Notes: generated from the letters alone by a model not told the origin. 64,000 bases of DNA from Andalucia godoyi And28 (GCA_009859145.1 VRVR01000028.1:250057-314056), one strand, 5' to 3'; positions 10,568 to 22,781 are shown, counted from the stretch's first letter. Translations and numbers: made by a program.

Positions 10568-10848
10568 CGCCGCTTCCATAAAATTGAATTCCGAGATTCC
10601 GAGATTTCTTCCCACTCATCCGTTTTCTGCTTTTTTTCTTTTCTTCTTTTCCCTTTGTGGCTAGTGCTGCTTTCTCTCTTGGGCGGGGGGTGAGCCACTG
10701 CATGTTTTGTTGCGCGCGTCCATAGCGGATGTGCTTGGAAAAACGAATAAACCGGTGAATGAAAGTCTCGCAGTGATGATTTGGTACAATCGATGTCAGA
10801 TACAAATGGTACATTATTTACAGGATTCATAAAAAGAGAAGGACAAGA

Positions 10849-12627
10849 TCATTGCGCGTACGAGTTTTCGAGCTCGCTAGCGAAACTGTCTACGTCCACA
10901 TCAAACTGCAGTAATTGTCCTTTGAAGCGCATCGTCGACGATCCAGTCGGGGTGGGTGCCGATTCTATACTCGAGTCCCCAGAGTTCGACAATGGAACCC
11001 GTGTTGGAGGAGGTGCGTCGACACTGGAGAATGTCGACCCACCGGAGGATGCAGGCAGCACGACGGAAGACTCTGAGCCCATTCCACCGGTGGTCGCTGC
11101 GGTATGGAGACTCGCAGGCGACGGTGGCGGCAGCAATGACGGCGGAAATGCTCCATGGCCCATCAAGGAATCCCGCGCCGATGCAAAATGGGCATAGAGA
11201 GGATGACCGTGATTCATGATGTTGAACGGGTTGTACTGCAGAAGGCTGTCTGACATGGCTCGCTGCAAAGGAGGAAGCGGACGATCGTGGTGATGTGCGG
11301 CGTGTGGGTGCCACTGCGTTGCGTGTGGAACGGAATGATGTTGTTGGGGGATCTGCGGAATCGCCGACGGACTTTGAAGAGGATGTGGATGCGAACCTGC
11401 CAAGGAAACAGGAAAGCCACCACTGTGTATCACACAGCATGCATTCGTATTGGAATCGTAATGCGGAGACGGAGACGGAGACAGAAACTGCGGAATGTGG
11501 CCATGCGAAGGAGCTGCCACCGGTCCTTGCACGTTGGGCGGTGCAAACGAAGACCTGGACAACGACAATGACGACGACGAAGAAGACGATGATGAGCAGA
11601 ATGCAGAAGAATCCGAATGCAAAGAGGATGAGGAAGAGGAAGAGGAAGAGCAAGGGGCGATTGACGGGTGCTGTCCGGACGCATCTGCAGTTCCATTGCC
11701 ATTCTGAGAAGACGCACGCGACGCCGCAACTCCGTGCAGCATGGACATGTCGTGCTGTTGGTTCGTGTTTCTCATGTTCATCATTTCCATCGACATGAGA
11801 GCTTGCTGGGCAACCAGAGCATTCAGTGCAGCTCCACTCATCCGAAACCGCGCAGGCGAATCTGGTCGAGAAGACGCAGCAGAGCTTGGCTGACTGCCGG
11901 TTGACATTCCAGAATTCGCTGAAGCATTTCCGTGATATTGCAGCGTGATAGGTGAATTCGGTTGTGAAAAAACGCGTTCCAAGCTGAGATGCCGCGTTAG
12001 CGTCGGCGGCACTCGACTCTCATTGTGGTTGACGGCGAGATTATCATAGAAGCCACACGATGCTCGATTGAGAAAGTCGTGCGGTGTAACAACAACATTG
12101 TCCAAATCGTTTCTCAGCTGAACCAGCAACCCCGAGCGGGCCCTTAGCATCTCTTTCCATCTCGAGCGCATGAATGTGTCTTTCCTTCGAGGCATTTCTC
12201 GGGCAATTGAAGTCCATTTGTGCCCGTACAGCTTTAGCAAATATGTAAATTGAATCCATTCGGGCCTGGTGAACCGAGTCTTGTCAATCCTGGGATCGAG
12301 GACGCGGGACCAATGCTGATAGCACTCGGTCGCAGGAATGCCGTCTCCCACCATCGCCGCCACCGACTTCCAATTTCTCGGCCCAAGCTGCTCCACCGCA
12401 CTGATCAATCGAGCGTCTTGCTCTACCGTCCATCGAATTGGGTGATGTTTCCCACGAGTCGAACTGTTACCGCTTCCTTCATCGCCTTCGAAGTTCCCCC
12501 CGGAAAGGTCCGCATCCTGCATGGCATCCTCACTGGACTCCGGCGCTCCTTGCTGGTCTTCTTCATTCGACGAATTGCTGCTTGTCTTCGTCTGTGCATT
12601 CTCGTGTTTGTTGTGGTTGCTGTCCAT
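10849..12627 (-). CDS. Two-repeat Myb/SANT transcription factor with long S/H/P-rich disordered C-terminus
   Basis: WTVEQDARLISAVEQLGPRNWKSVA...CYQHWSRVLDP, then GHKWTSIAREMPRR...RSRW. Confidence 0.9.
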   Translation of the reverse strand: MDSNHNKHENAQTKTSSNSSNEEDQQGAPESSEDAMQDADLSGGNFEGDEGSGNSSTRGKHHPIRWTVEQDARLISAVEQLGPRNWKSVAAMVGDGIPATECYQHWSRVLDPRIDKTRFTRPEWIQFTYLLKLYGHKWTSIAREMPRRKDTFMRSRWKEMLRARSGLLVQLRNDLDNVVVTPHDFLNRASCGFYDNLAVNHNESRVPPTLTRHLSLERVFSQPNSPITLQYHGNASANSGMSTGSQPSSAASSRPDSPARFRMSGAALNALVAQQALMSMEMMNMRNTNQQHDMSMLHGVAASRASSQNGNGTADASGQHPSIAPCSSSSSSSSSLHSDSSAFCSSSSSSSSSLSLSRSSFAPPNVQGPVAAPSHGHIPQFLSPSPSPHYDSNTNACCVIHSGGFPVSLAGSHPHPLQSPSAIPQIPQQHHSVPHATQWHPHAAHHHDRPLPPLQRAMSDSLLQYNPFNIMNHGHPLYAHFASARDSLMGHGAFPPSLLPPPSPASLHTAATTGGMGSESSVVLPASSGGSTFSSVDAPPPTRVPLSNSGDSSIESAPTPTGSSTMRFKGQLLQFDVDVDSFASELENSYAQ

Positions 12628-12737
12628 TTTCTAGATACTTCCCCAGTACACAAACGAATGCAAGAACACGTCGCGAATGCAGCCTTCCTCACCTCGAATT
12701 TTCCACGTCCTATGCTGTTATCGCAATGCAAAGCCCG

Positions 12738-13183
12738 CTGCAAACAAAGAAGAAGAAAAAGACTCACAAACGAACACACACACAAACAAAGAAAACAACA
12801 ACAACCAAAAAACAACCCACACAAATTAGACTCAGCGGAACAAACTGCGTAATTTAAAAATAAATTAAAAAACGCCCCACAATTTTCCTTGTGCTTTAAA
12901 TAATTGTTAATTTAAGGAGAGGAGGGGAAGATCAAACGAGTCAAAAGCAGGAAACACAGTCGATTCTCGCCAGACGCCACACCACACAAGTACGAGATCC
13001 GATGCGACAAACACAGACACACACACACACACACACACACACTGGTTTTTTTTTCCGAAGCGTAACAGAATCTGTGTAGAATGCGGAAGCGCGAAGTTTC
13101 GGACGGCAAAACGAGCGACCCGAGGAAGAGTTTCCGTATTTCTTTTTGCGGTCTTTTTTTTTTTTTTTTTTTGGCTCCCTTAC
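12738..13183 (-). other. Putative 5'UTR intron of the Myb gene
   Basis: Minus-strand CAG|GTAAGG donor at 13183 and TTTTCTTCTTCTTTGTTTGCAG acceptor at 12738. The interval holds poly-A and (TG)n tracts. Confidence 0.5.
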
Positions 13184-13697
13184 CTGGAAGCTCAATGTTG
13201 CACATTGGCGGCGAGAGGAAAGGATGCTGCTACGAACCGTTTGCATGGGGAGAATGGAGCACTGCGAAAGGCGATTCGTGCAAAATCCAATCGCTTGGAC
13301 TACACCGCCGTGCCGGTTTCCGATATCGGTGCGGCCAAAGTGCGGGATGCTGATGGCGGATGAAACGGCCCGCTGTGCGTCTGCTCCGATGCATCAAGTC
13401 CACTAAAAACCATTTCCATCTCGGACTTTCCCCACGCAGCATCAAGGCTCAAGCAGCTTCCCCTGGTGGCTGCCTGACGAGGGAATCGTGAATGATTATC
13501 ATTATAACATATGTTGTTGGGATGGACATGATGGGAACAGCAGCACATGCAGGAAGGCAATCGTTAATTTTTAATCTATTAATTGAATTTTTAATTTTAA
13601 TTTTGATTTTTAATTTTGATTTAAATTTAAATTTTTTATCGTGGAAAAAGACAAGGTGCTTTTTCTTTTGTTTGTCCGGTTGGTATATGACTCTACA

Positions 13698-16600
13698 ATG
13701 TTGTCCTCCCTACATGTCCAGTCCCTGATTGTGCGGTGCATGGGGCATCCGTCGACGTGGAAAGACCACATTGCGCTCGCCGCATCGTGTGGATATACAG
13801 CAGTTCATTTGACGCCTGTGCAGAAGCTCGGTGCTTCAGGATCTGCGTATTCTATTCAGGACTGTCTTGACTACTGCCATCCTCTGGTTCCTGCTGCAAT
13901 CTCCGAGATCCAGGCTTCTGAGAAACGCGTGAAGTGGATCGGAGACATTGTGTGGAACCACACGTCGTTTGATGATCCCTGGATCCACTTGCATCGAACG
14001 TGCGCGTATGCAGTGGAGGACTACCCCGAGCTGTACTCTGCACATCAGCTGGATGTTGCCCTCGCCAAGTTTTCTACGCATGCAAAGATGCCGAGGCGAA
14101 TGCACTCGCAGAAAGATGTCGATGAGGTGATTGCGCTGTTTAGAAAGGAGGCTGTGCCGTGGATTGACTGGAAAGAATCGGATGCAGAGCTAGAGACTGC
14201 CCTCAAGAATATTGCAGGTGGTATATTTTATAGAAAAGTCCAGCTGGGACAGGAGGTCTCTCGGGAGTGTCCGTTGGTCGAACCGTACTTCACCAACGGG
14301 CTTGCGCACAACGGCTGGATCTTCGGTGCAACGTATGACCGCTTTGATGCAAAGGTGTACACGAGAAGAGAGCTGATTGTCTGGTCGGACTGCATCAAGT
14401 TAAACTATGAAAATGGGCATCTTTCGCTTCCTCTGTGGAAGCGGATGGAAGACTACACCCGCGCACAAGCAACGCTGTTTCACGGAATCCGCATAGATAA
14501 CGCGCACTCGACGCCGTCTTCCGTTGCGATTCGCATGTGTGCCGTCATCAGGGACGTTCGACCAGATGCAATCATCATTGCCGAGCATTTTGGTTCGCAA
14601 GAAGCCAAGGCACAATTCACCAAGGATTGCACAGTCGACGCCCTCATCCTCGAAGCGACTCACACATCCGTAGAATACGCAGTGACGAATTCTGCCAACG
14701 TGGTGGTCTTTGATTGCACGCATGACACTGCTGTCCCTCCTATTCGCGAGCGAGCGGTGTGGGCTGCGGTTGCTGCAATGTCCCAAGGGGGCGTGGGTTC
14801 TGTTCGCGGCTATGACGAGCTCGTGGAGGTCAACCCACCGGTGGTGGATCCGATGGTCGATGCCAGCAAGAAGAGACCGCATGACCCTTCTCGTGTTTTC
14901 TTGTCTGTTTCCCGCGATGGTGCGGAGAACACCACTCCAGCCCCAGAGCCATCACTGTATGATCCAACTCCCATTGCTGTCCCGCTGCAGGCTATTAAAG
15001 CTCGGTTGGCTGGTATTCGCAAACAGGAGCATTGGACTGGAGATGAACCTGCGTCAGTTCGGTACATCGATAAGGATGTCTTTGTTATCGAGCGAGGTGA
15101 GATCGTATTGGTCGCGAATTTAAGAAATCATGATTTCCGCCATCCCCCGCTGTTTCCCGAGGAGGAATTGCTCTTGTCGGTGGATGTGGTTCATTTGGGG
15201 ATTTCGGATTCTTTCTCCTCGTCGTTTGACATTGGGAATTCTTCTTGGATGTTGCAAGATCTGGAGTCGCTCTGGGTTTCACCGACCAAGCAGCGGACCA
15301 ACGGCGATAATCTGTTTCAAACTGCTCCGAGTTGGCAAGTTTCACTTCGCGGAGATGCGTTTGGACCGGGCTCCATCCGCATCTACCGTCATCGACCAGT
15401 ACCTATTGTATTGCATGAATTAGAAAACGTGCATGATTTCAACTATGTTTTGTTTCGATGCTATTCGGAAAGTTTGGGCGGTGATGCATCCTATTTGATT
15501 GACGGCCAACCCCTTCCGTTTAATGGACTCTGGGGGTTTCGACATGCTCCGGAGTCTCATCTGCACAGTGGAGTATGGGCTCTTGAATACACTGCTCGAC
15601 GGCTGGCACCTCGCTTTCCGAAACTGGCACATTTCTTTGAATACTGGTCAATTCGTCTGAATGCGCCGCTCTCTCGCAATTTGGCACAGCGAGGAAAAAT
15701 CACAAAATCTCTGTTTCGCCGTGTTGTCGCCGATCTTGTACATCGATTGACTGCACATATCTTCAAATGGAATATTGAGACGACGACCAAGAGAGCCCCG
15801 GCGATCGACGACATCCCTGCACTGGACAGCTCGTTCCGGGAGGCTTCCGACGGTCTGACAAATAATGATGTACGAACCATTGTACAGTCCATGAACTTGT
15901 CGGAAATGGAGTTGCTGTTTCGATTTGCATTTTCGTCTTATTTGTCGACTCAGCGCCCCGATCTCCTTGCTTCTCACTCCTTTATCAGCAATAGCAGCAG
16001 ACAGGCCAGCTCCGCCGTTGACGGATGGTTCCGGGCCATTGACGCACATTATGATCCGGAACACGACACCTCCGTTTTGTCAGGAAAGAGAGGGTCCTTG
16101 GTCGGTCAGCTCAAGTCGCTAATCGATGAACGCTTTCGCGATCCGCTACGTCGTTTCGACTCTTTACTTGGACTCGGGGCATTGGTGGAAATGTGCGGAT
16201 CTTCGATTGAGGAGGGGTATGCCGCGGGGCTTCCCCATTTTTCTCAAGGCTACATGCGGCAATGGGGCCGCGACACCATGTTGTCCATTCCCGGAGCGTG
16301 TCTGGTAACGAATCAGTTTGACCTTGCCAGGAAATATATTCTCCAGTATGCAGGAAAACTTCACGAGGGACTTGTTCCGAATTTGTACGATCCATCACGA
16401 TACAATGCGCGCGACGCAACATGGTTTCTCATTATAGCAATCTACAAGTTTTGCCTGCATCGGGGGTCATGGGAGCTGTTCTGGGAAATGGAAGATGTTG
16501 TCCATTCCATTATTGAAAAGCATGTGAAGGGCATTCATTTCATTGACACGGGTTCCGATGACCGAATGCAGCCCGTCGGTTTCCAGATTGACATTGCGTG

Positions 16601-17537
16601 TGACGTTGATGGAACGTTATTAACCCGAGGAGATCCGGATGCTCGCAAGAATTCTGACGGATCGGAGAAGCTCCGTGATCCGACATATCTCTTTTATGGT
16701 GGCAACGCGTACAATGCAGGGACTTGGATGGACAAAATGGGATCCTCTCGCCAGGCTGGGAACTCGGGAAAGCCCGCGACCCCAAGAGATGGGTGTCCAA
16801 TAGAGTTGGCGGCCTGTCAGTATGTGGCAATCAGCATGATGGCGCGCTTCGGGAAGCGACATTTCCGAGTGGAAGGAATTCCGTTCTCGTACGTGGAGTG
16901 GGCCGAGTTCATGCGATCTCATTTCGACAGTTGGTTTTTCGTTGATGAGCAGTGTGCTTCTGGTGCCGTGCACAAGCGCGGCATATATCGAGACGTTGTT
17001 GGCTGCGTGAGTAGCCCGTGGGCCGAGTACCAACTTCGTCCAAATGCGTGTTTAGCAATGTCCGTCGCTCCCGAATTGTTCGTCCAGGAACATGCACGGA
17101 CGCATCTCGAATGGACGCGGACGAAGCTTGTCTACCGCAATTTCGCGATTTCGACACTCGATGTGGACGATTGGAATTATCGTCCGCTGTATCGAAACGC
17201 TGTCGATTCGAATGACTATTCAACTGCTTTGGGTTTCAACTACCACAATGGTCCTCCATGGGTTTGGCTGTACGGACATTACATTATGTCTCGTCTGTGG
17301 TTCTTCGGGGAAGAGAGAACGCTCGATCATGTCCATGCACTGTTTTCCGCTCCATTTCAGCACATTCTGAATTCAAACTGGTGCGGACTTCCTGAGCTGT
17401 GCGAAACCGATGATGGGTGTATAACGCAAGCTTGGTCCAATGCATGTGTGCTGGAAGCGCTGGACTTTGCTCGTCGTTTGGTGCCGTCGACAGACGGTCT
17501 CCAAGACCCTTTGTTCGTCTCGTCATCTCAGGAGTGA
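13698..17537 (+). CDS. AGL: Glycogen debranching enzyme (4-alpha-glucanotransferase + amylo-1,6-glucosidase)
   Basis: HLTPVQ, RIDNAHSTP (nucleophile Asp), IAEHF, DCTHD, QWGRDT, TWMDKMG, PRDGCPIEL, NYHNGP, QAWS. Start set at the first ATG after the AT-rich spacer. Confidence 0.95.
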   Translation: MLSSLHVQSLIVRCMGHPSTWKDHIALAASCGYTAVHLTPVQKLGASGSAYSIQDCLDYCHPLVPAAISEIQASEKRVKWIGDIVWNHTSFDDPWIHLHRTCAYAVEDYPELYSAHQLDVALAKFSTHAKMPRRMHSQKDVDEVIALFRKEAVPWIDWKESDAELETALKNIAGGIFYRKVQLGQEVSRECPLVEPYFTNGLAHNGWIFGATYDRFDAKVYTRRELIVWSDCIKLNYENGHLSLPLWKRMEDYTRAQATLFHGIRIDNAHSTPSSVAIRMCAVIRDVRPDAIIIAEHFGSQEAKAQFTKDCTVDALILEATHTSVEYAVTNSANVVVFDCTHDTAVPPIRERAVWAAVAAMSQGGVGSVRGYDELVEVNPPVVDPMVDASKKRPHDPSRVFLSVSRDGAENTTPAPEPSLYDPTPIAVPLQAIKARLAGIRKQEHWTGDEPASVRYIDKDVFVIERGEIVLVANLRNHDFRHPPLFPEEELLLSVDVVHLGISDSFSSSFDIGNSSWMLQDLESLWVSPTKQRTNGDNLFQTAPSWQVSLRGDAFGPGSIRIYRHRPVPIVLHELENVHDFNYVLFRCYSESLGGDASYLIDGQPLPFNGLWGFRHAPESHLHSGVWALEYTARRLAPRFPKLAHFFEYWSIRLNAPLSRNLAQRGKITKSLFRRVVADLVHRLTAHIFKWNIETTTKRAPAIDDIPALDSSFREASDGLTNNDVRTIVQSMNLSEMELLFRFAFSSYLSTQRPDLLASHSFISNSSRQASSAVDGWFRAIDAHYDPEHDTSVLSGKRGSLVGQLKSLIDERFRDPLRRFDSLLGLGALVEMCGSSIEEGYAAGLPHFSQGYMRQWGRDTMLSIPGACLVTNQFDLARKYILQYAGKLHEGLVPNLYDPSRYNARDATWFLIIAIYKFCLHRGSWELFWEMEDVVHSIIEKHVKGIHFIDTGSDDRMQPVGFQIDIACDVDGTLLTRGDPDARKNSDGSEKLRDPTYLFYGGNAYNAGTWMDKMGSSRQAGNSGKPATPRDGCPIELAACQYVAISMMARFGKRHFRVEGIPFSYVEWAEFMRSHFDSWFFVDEQCASGAVHKRGIYRDVVGCVSSPWAEYQLRPNACLAMSVAPELFVQEHARTHLEWTRTKLVYRNFAISTLDVDDWNYRPLYRNAVDSNDYSTALGFNYHNGPPWVWLYGHYIMSRLWFFGEERTLDHVHALFSAPFQHILNSNWCGLPELCETDDGCITQAWSNACVLEALDFARRLVPSTDGLQDPLFVSSSQE

Positions 17538-17679
17538 TGGTTCTGTTGCATAAAGTGGGAGGCAGAGATAGTAAATAATAAGTGTAAGCAGCAACCGCGA
17601 TATTAATAGCTAATCAGTATGTTCAAATTATGTTCGCACACGTAGCAGCCAAAACCCATGCAAGGAAATTGCCGCGCCA

Positions 17680-19056
17680 CTATTCCAGCGAGAGGACGGC
17701 GCTCTCGATCGTGTCTTTGCTGCTGAATGTCTCCATATCGGAGCGCTGCCGCAAGTGGTGATGATGATACATCATGCAGTATTCGACAGAAGGCACAACA
17801 GCATCAGCACCCTTCTCTGGATGTCGCAAGATATCCAGCCAATAACTTGCTTTCCCATGAGAGGTTGTGAGGAAATACAGATTATCGTGTCGCGGCACCG
17901 GCGCCTCGTCATGAACGGTAGGAGCATCGGCATACTGCACAGAGTGTCCGACAAGGCGCTCGATTCGTTCAATTTCCATTGAATTTTCCAATTCCTCGAT
18001 GACAGCGACAGCTGTCCATCCGCAAGTTTGCTTTGGAACAAACACGTCTGACTGGATGTGGTCGCCAACATACACCAACTTCAGATCATCGGACCCGATT
18101 GCTTTCTCCAGCGATATTTCGAAATCACGAGCATTTCCGCCACAATACACTGCGGATCGGTGGAAATCAACATCGCGACACGCATTATTGATGACATCAT
18201 TCTCTGACGGCGTGACCCACGAGTCAAGCTCCACAAACGCTTGGAGACTGGATGTGAAAAACACTGGCTTCCTCGCGGAGGTCACCACAGTGGAAAACGC
18301 ACTGATCCAGTCTGTGCCAAATGCAAAATCCATCAACAGTTTTGTATATTCTGGAAGAGAATTTGTTATCAAAACGGTCCGGATTCCCGATTCCTTCATT
18401 GACCGGATCCAATGCACGAAATGCAACGGTTGAGGACGAATGTACTTTTGGATGTCTGTGCGCAGAGCTGAAAAAAACCACGAATCTGCCTTGTTGTAAT
18501 TGGTGAAGTTCCACCGGAAGGATCCCACCATTGCGTTGAACAGTTCCGAATACGAGACGCAAAACGACAAGTGTGCCTGCGAGTCATGCAGCGTCACAAG
18601 CCGTGCAAAGATCGGTCCAAGCCCTGCCTCAAAGTACGTAATGAGTGCTGCAAACGGCTCCGAAAATGAAAGGGCGCCGTGATACGATTGAAACTGTCGC
18701 TGCGCTTCCACAATGGTTGGAACATCCGCAAAATTCACCACTTCTTCTTCTCCGTGAAAGACTCGAACAAACCTTTTCTCAGCATCAATCTCGTAAAAGT
18801 TGCCTCTGTGCCGATCCACAATCAGTCCGCGCGAGGAATACCGCGGATCAAAATCCGAGGGATCTAAAGAAAGGTGCACAGAAGGGAACCGGACCACCTG
18901 GGTAAGATAGCGGATCGTACACTCATGCATCAGCGCAAATAGCGGGCCGACATTGTACCGAACAAGAGTGTGGTCCATGTCCCAACAGACTGCCGCAAAT
19001 GAATCCCATGCAATCCCCTTGTCAATTCTCTCGTTCTTCATCGCAACGTTGCTCAT
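17680..19056 (-). CDS. HAD-superfamily IG 5'-nucleotidase (NT5DC-like)
   Basis: DMDHTL motif I, LITNS motif II, ARKPVFF, YVGDHIQSDV motif IV. ATG at 19056. Confidence 0.9.
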   Translation of the reverse strand: MSNVAMKNERIDKGIAWDSFAAVCWDMDHTLVRYNVGPLFALMHECTIRYLTQVVRFPSVHLSLDPSDFDPRYSSRGLIVDRHRGNFYEIDAEKRFVRVFHGEEEVVNFADVPTIVEAQRQFQSYHGALSFSEPFAALITYFEAGLGPIFARLVTLHDSQAHLSFCVSYSELFNAMVGSFRWNFTNYNKADSWFFSALRTDIQKYIRPQPLHFVHWIRSMKESGIRTVLITNSLPEYTKLLMDFAFGTDWISAFSTVVTSARKPVFFTSSLQAFVELDSWVTPSENDVINNACRDVDFHRSAVYCGGNARDFEISLEKAIGSDDLKLVYVGDHIQSDVFVPKQTCGWTAVAVIEELENSMEIERIERLVGHSVQYADAPTVHDEAPVPRHDNLYFLTTSHGKASYWLDILRHPEKGADAVVPSVEYCMMYHHHHLRQRSDMETFSSKDTIESAVLSLE

Positions 19057-20165
19057 CCTCCTTTTACTATTTTTATTGATTGACGAACAACTCAACACTC
19101 TTCCCCTTCTCGACCAATATATATGTAAAACTCAAAAATAAATGTAAACAAAGGAAATCCAACAATGATTTTCTCGATTTCGATGTATGAGTCACACGAC
19201 GACTCAAACCACGCAATCACTTTCATTTTTTGTGGGAGGGATAGCATCAATTGCAAAGTATCAATTGCCGTCTCCCGGTTCATCAAAACTCGAATTTTGC
19301 ACAAAAGACTTGGTTTTGTGCGCTTCATTAGTCTTCGTTTTTTTCCCCTTTCTCTCTTCGTTTTTTTCCCACCTCTTCTGTCTCTTTGTGTGTTGTTGAG
19401 AGAGGAATTCTTCTGAAAAAGGAAATGGCCTGACGATCGGCGGAGAGCTCTCCGGTACCACAGTGGTTCTACTGGTTGGCAGCATTCATGGGAAGCTTGC
19501 TGGTGGCATTGATTGTGCTGTCCATTGTTCGCGATCACAGAGATTCTCGCCAAGCGTACACTGCGACCGGCGATTCGGATTCCGAGCAACCAATCTCTGA
19601 CAAGGGACTATAACGCCCGGAATCGCTCATTTTTTTAATCTTATTTTTCCCCCTTGCGTTGTTAAGTGATGGATTGCTCTTTGATGATGCATACAGAGCA
19701 AAGCGTAGAATTGGGCTGTCTGTATTGCTGAAGTGAAAAGATGAAGATTGAAACGTTGATGCTTTGCGATGGGATTGGGGGGAGAATGGATGCATCATTC
19801 TTCTTTCCTCTCTTATGAGCAAACAGACAATGGGAGAAATCCGCACGAACAACCACAAGAACACCACCAGCATAGCCGTTTGGGGTGAATTTGTGATTTC
19901 TTTCCACGACATGTATTTGTTTGTATTTGCATTTGTACTTGTATATGCAGGAGCAATGGATGAAATATAAAAGGGAAAACACACAGGCGATCGTTTGGAT
20001 GAAAATCTATGGGTATGGTACATCGTACACACTAGGAAAACGAAGGGGAAATCAACGATCGCCATAAAAGAAAAACGAAGCAATCATTCAACATTGGATC
20101 TTGCAGGGAGAAGTCAACTGGAAAAAAACAAGGAAGAAAGAAGGAAGGAAAGAGAGAAAGATCGA

Positions 20166-22781
20166 TCATGCATTGCTCTGTCCGGCACCATTGGCCAGGT
20201 TGGCAAGTTCGTCCTTGCGGAAGGACCGGCTCAGCATCTCCTCTTCACGAAGATGCTTCTGGAACTCGGTAAGCCTGGTCTTCAGCGTCTGAATGACTTC
20301 CAGTTTGCGGTCCAGGACTTGCTCCAAATTCGTAACGTACTCGTCAATCGCAGACCCTGGTTGATCAACATCATTCAAAAGCTTCATCTCGGTGCGCATA
20401 AGCTCCATGATGATGTCAATTTGGTGGCGATGCGACTGAATGACCTCTTCCTCTTCCTCAAGAATCGTGTTGATCAAATCCTCGTGCGCACGCTCCAGCA
20501 CCTGACCGTCATCTCCATTCGCACGAGCATCGTCTCCCTCTTCGAAATAATCGTCGTCGCCCTGATCATAGCCAGCACCGTCGTCGCCCACTTCCTCAAT
20601 ATTCATTATATCCTCATCGTCCGATTCATCCTCCCCATAGCCACCACGACCGCCGTACTGGCGACCTCCGCCATGACGACCACCCGCACCAGATCCAGGC
20701 TTTCCATACCATCCGGGACCGCCGGCGCCTCCTGCACGCGCCCCGACAGGCGGACGGCCTCCAGCAGACGCAGATGGTGGCCTCACAGCTCCCGTGTTCG
20801 GTCTTCCCGGAGCCGCCGCTGCATTGGCACCAGGTTGCTGTTGAGGGAAAGGAGGTGGGTTTTGCAACGCCTGGCGAGCGGCACGCGAACGGGCAGCATT
20901 TGACGCCGCCACCTCGTTCGGAGTGCGGCCATACAAATCGCGCTGTTGTTTTCCATTGTTTCCTCTCTTCAGCTCTTTCACACGGTCTGCATATCGCAGG
21001 GTGTTGAGCGTGTGCTCGGACGCAGCGGAGGCGGGTGCAATGTTTGCAATCATGCAGGTTCGAGAATTTCCAACAAAGGAATCTCGCAAAACCTCCGTCA
21101 GCTTGGATCCGCGGAAAGGAATGTGTCTATGATCCTGATCCAATGCTCGGATGCACTCTTTGAGCGCAAGCAAAGACTTGTTGATCTCCGCACCTTCCAT
21201 ACGCGTCTGTCGATTGTTATCCATTGTGTCTGCACCTCGTTCTGAGCCCGCCAGATCGATGAACGAGAACTTGCCGCACTGTTTCCTGGTCTTCTTATCC
21301 TTTAGCACAATTTGCAGCAACGCATGAGATCGTGAAGACTCATCATTGGCTCCCGTGGTGCCTGTAGCCCGAACAGAATTGCCGTATTCAATAAGCTCCA
21401 TCAGCGCATCGACGGATTCTACAGGGTGCTCCTGCAACCCAACAATGTGCACTTCCGAACGCGCATCCTCTCTTGGTGCCAATTTCTTCCTGTTATTCAA
21501 AAGGTCAAACAATTTGGATGCATAAATCTCAAAGAACGACGCCCAGATATCTGTCGTGTTGTGGTCGACCATAGCAAACAGATCGCGGGTTGCCATCAAG
21601 TACAAACCCATCTGACCCTGCTTTCCAAGCATCGTGTATGTCTTTCCAGAGCCAGTCTGGCCAAAGCAAAACACAGAGGCCTTTCCATTGTTCACGACGA
21701 ACTCGACTAGCGGCGCAGCCGTACGCGCATATACTTCTGCATTGTCAACTTCCGAGTCAAATACCTCGTCAAAAACGAACTGATGCTGATCAATGTACTT
21801 TGTCAGATCGACCTTGACTTTAGGTTCGTGAACCGTCAGTGCGTCCTGCGACTCGACGGTAACAATATCAATTTCGTTCCTTTGTTCTTCCTTTTTTGTG
21901 AGTGGTCGCTTTCTCACAGCAACCTTGATGTTCGACATCCGCCCTCCCTTGCGATCGTTGTCGTTGTCCGTCGGAACAGGCGCACTTCTCCCGCTGTCTC
22001 GATTATTCGCAGAGGACACTACATTTACTTGCATTCCCGGAACAGACGACGGTGCGATGCCCGAGGACCCAGACTGAGGAGGAATATTCTGCAGCTGTTG
22101 CGCCGGGATCTGCTGGCTTGCAGGTCTCTGGCGCACAGGTGCCGCTGACACACTAGGTGCAGACAGCACACCCGCTGAAGAGGACGAGGACGAGGACGAT
22201 GACGATGACTGTGGTTGTGGTTGCATAGCAGCAGCAGCAGATGACGATGATGATGATGGTGGTGGTGCACTTGTGAGAGCACCGGAAGAAGGCGGGGCAA
22301 TACTACTGCTTGGGTTTGCAGAAGCTTGTTGCTGGACAGAAGAGAGCTGCGTAGGCTGGTTATTCAGCATCATCGATGTCGGCACCTGCATCTCGTTTCC
22401 TGCTGCAGAACCGTCGGGTCCAGGGAGTCTTCCAGCGCTCTGTTCTCGTTTGATGACTTGGATCAACTGGAACAACCGCTTTCGGTCCGCCATGCTCACG
22501 ACTCCAAATCGCGCATAGTCTGAATTCGCAAGTCCAATTTTGGGTTCAAAAAAACAGGAAGAAGGCAGCAGCAGTTCACAATCAATGCGATAAAATGGCG
22601 AACGGAGATTAGATAATTATTCTGAATGGAAGTTGAAGGGACGGGAGGATACTGGTCCAGGAAACATACCTTGCATTGACAACGTTGTGATGTTAGCTTC
22701 ATCGACCGCTGCAGATTGAAAAGCCGGAAAATGCGCTTCAAGGCCAATTTGCTCAAGCCACGTGTACAAGACAGACGACAT
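20166..22781 (-). CDS. Kinesin-13 with N-terminal SAM domain (KIF24-like); exons 22670-22781 and 20166-22519
   Basis: Splicing GT(22669)..AG(22520) gives [24 protein letters not shown], the KIF24-type SAM. Motor has [41 protein letters not shown]. Confidence 0.93.

Noticed and set aside
13179-13187. CTTACCTGG, resembling the U1 snRNA 5' end
   Set aside because: It is the reverse complement of a splice donor, and no U1 stems or Sm site follow.
13180-13470. RNase P/MRP-like GGGGAAAGTCCGAG on the minus strand, with long-range complementary segments (GATGCTGC/GCAGCATC, GGAAGCT/AGCTTCC)
   Set aside because: No CR-V partner to form P4 was found downstream. The region is better explained as a UTR exon.
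19100-20160. Several short ORFs between the nucleotidase and kinesin-13
   Set aside because: Low-complexity UTR-like sequence with no coherent product.
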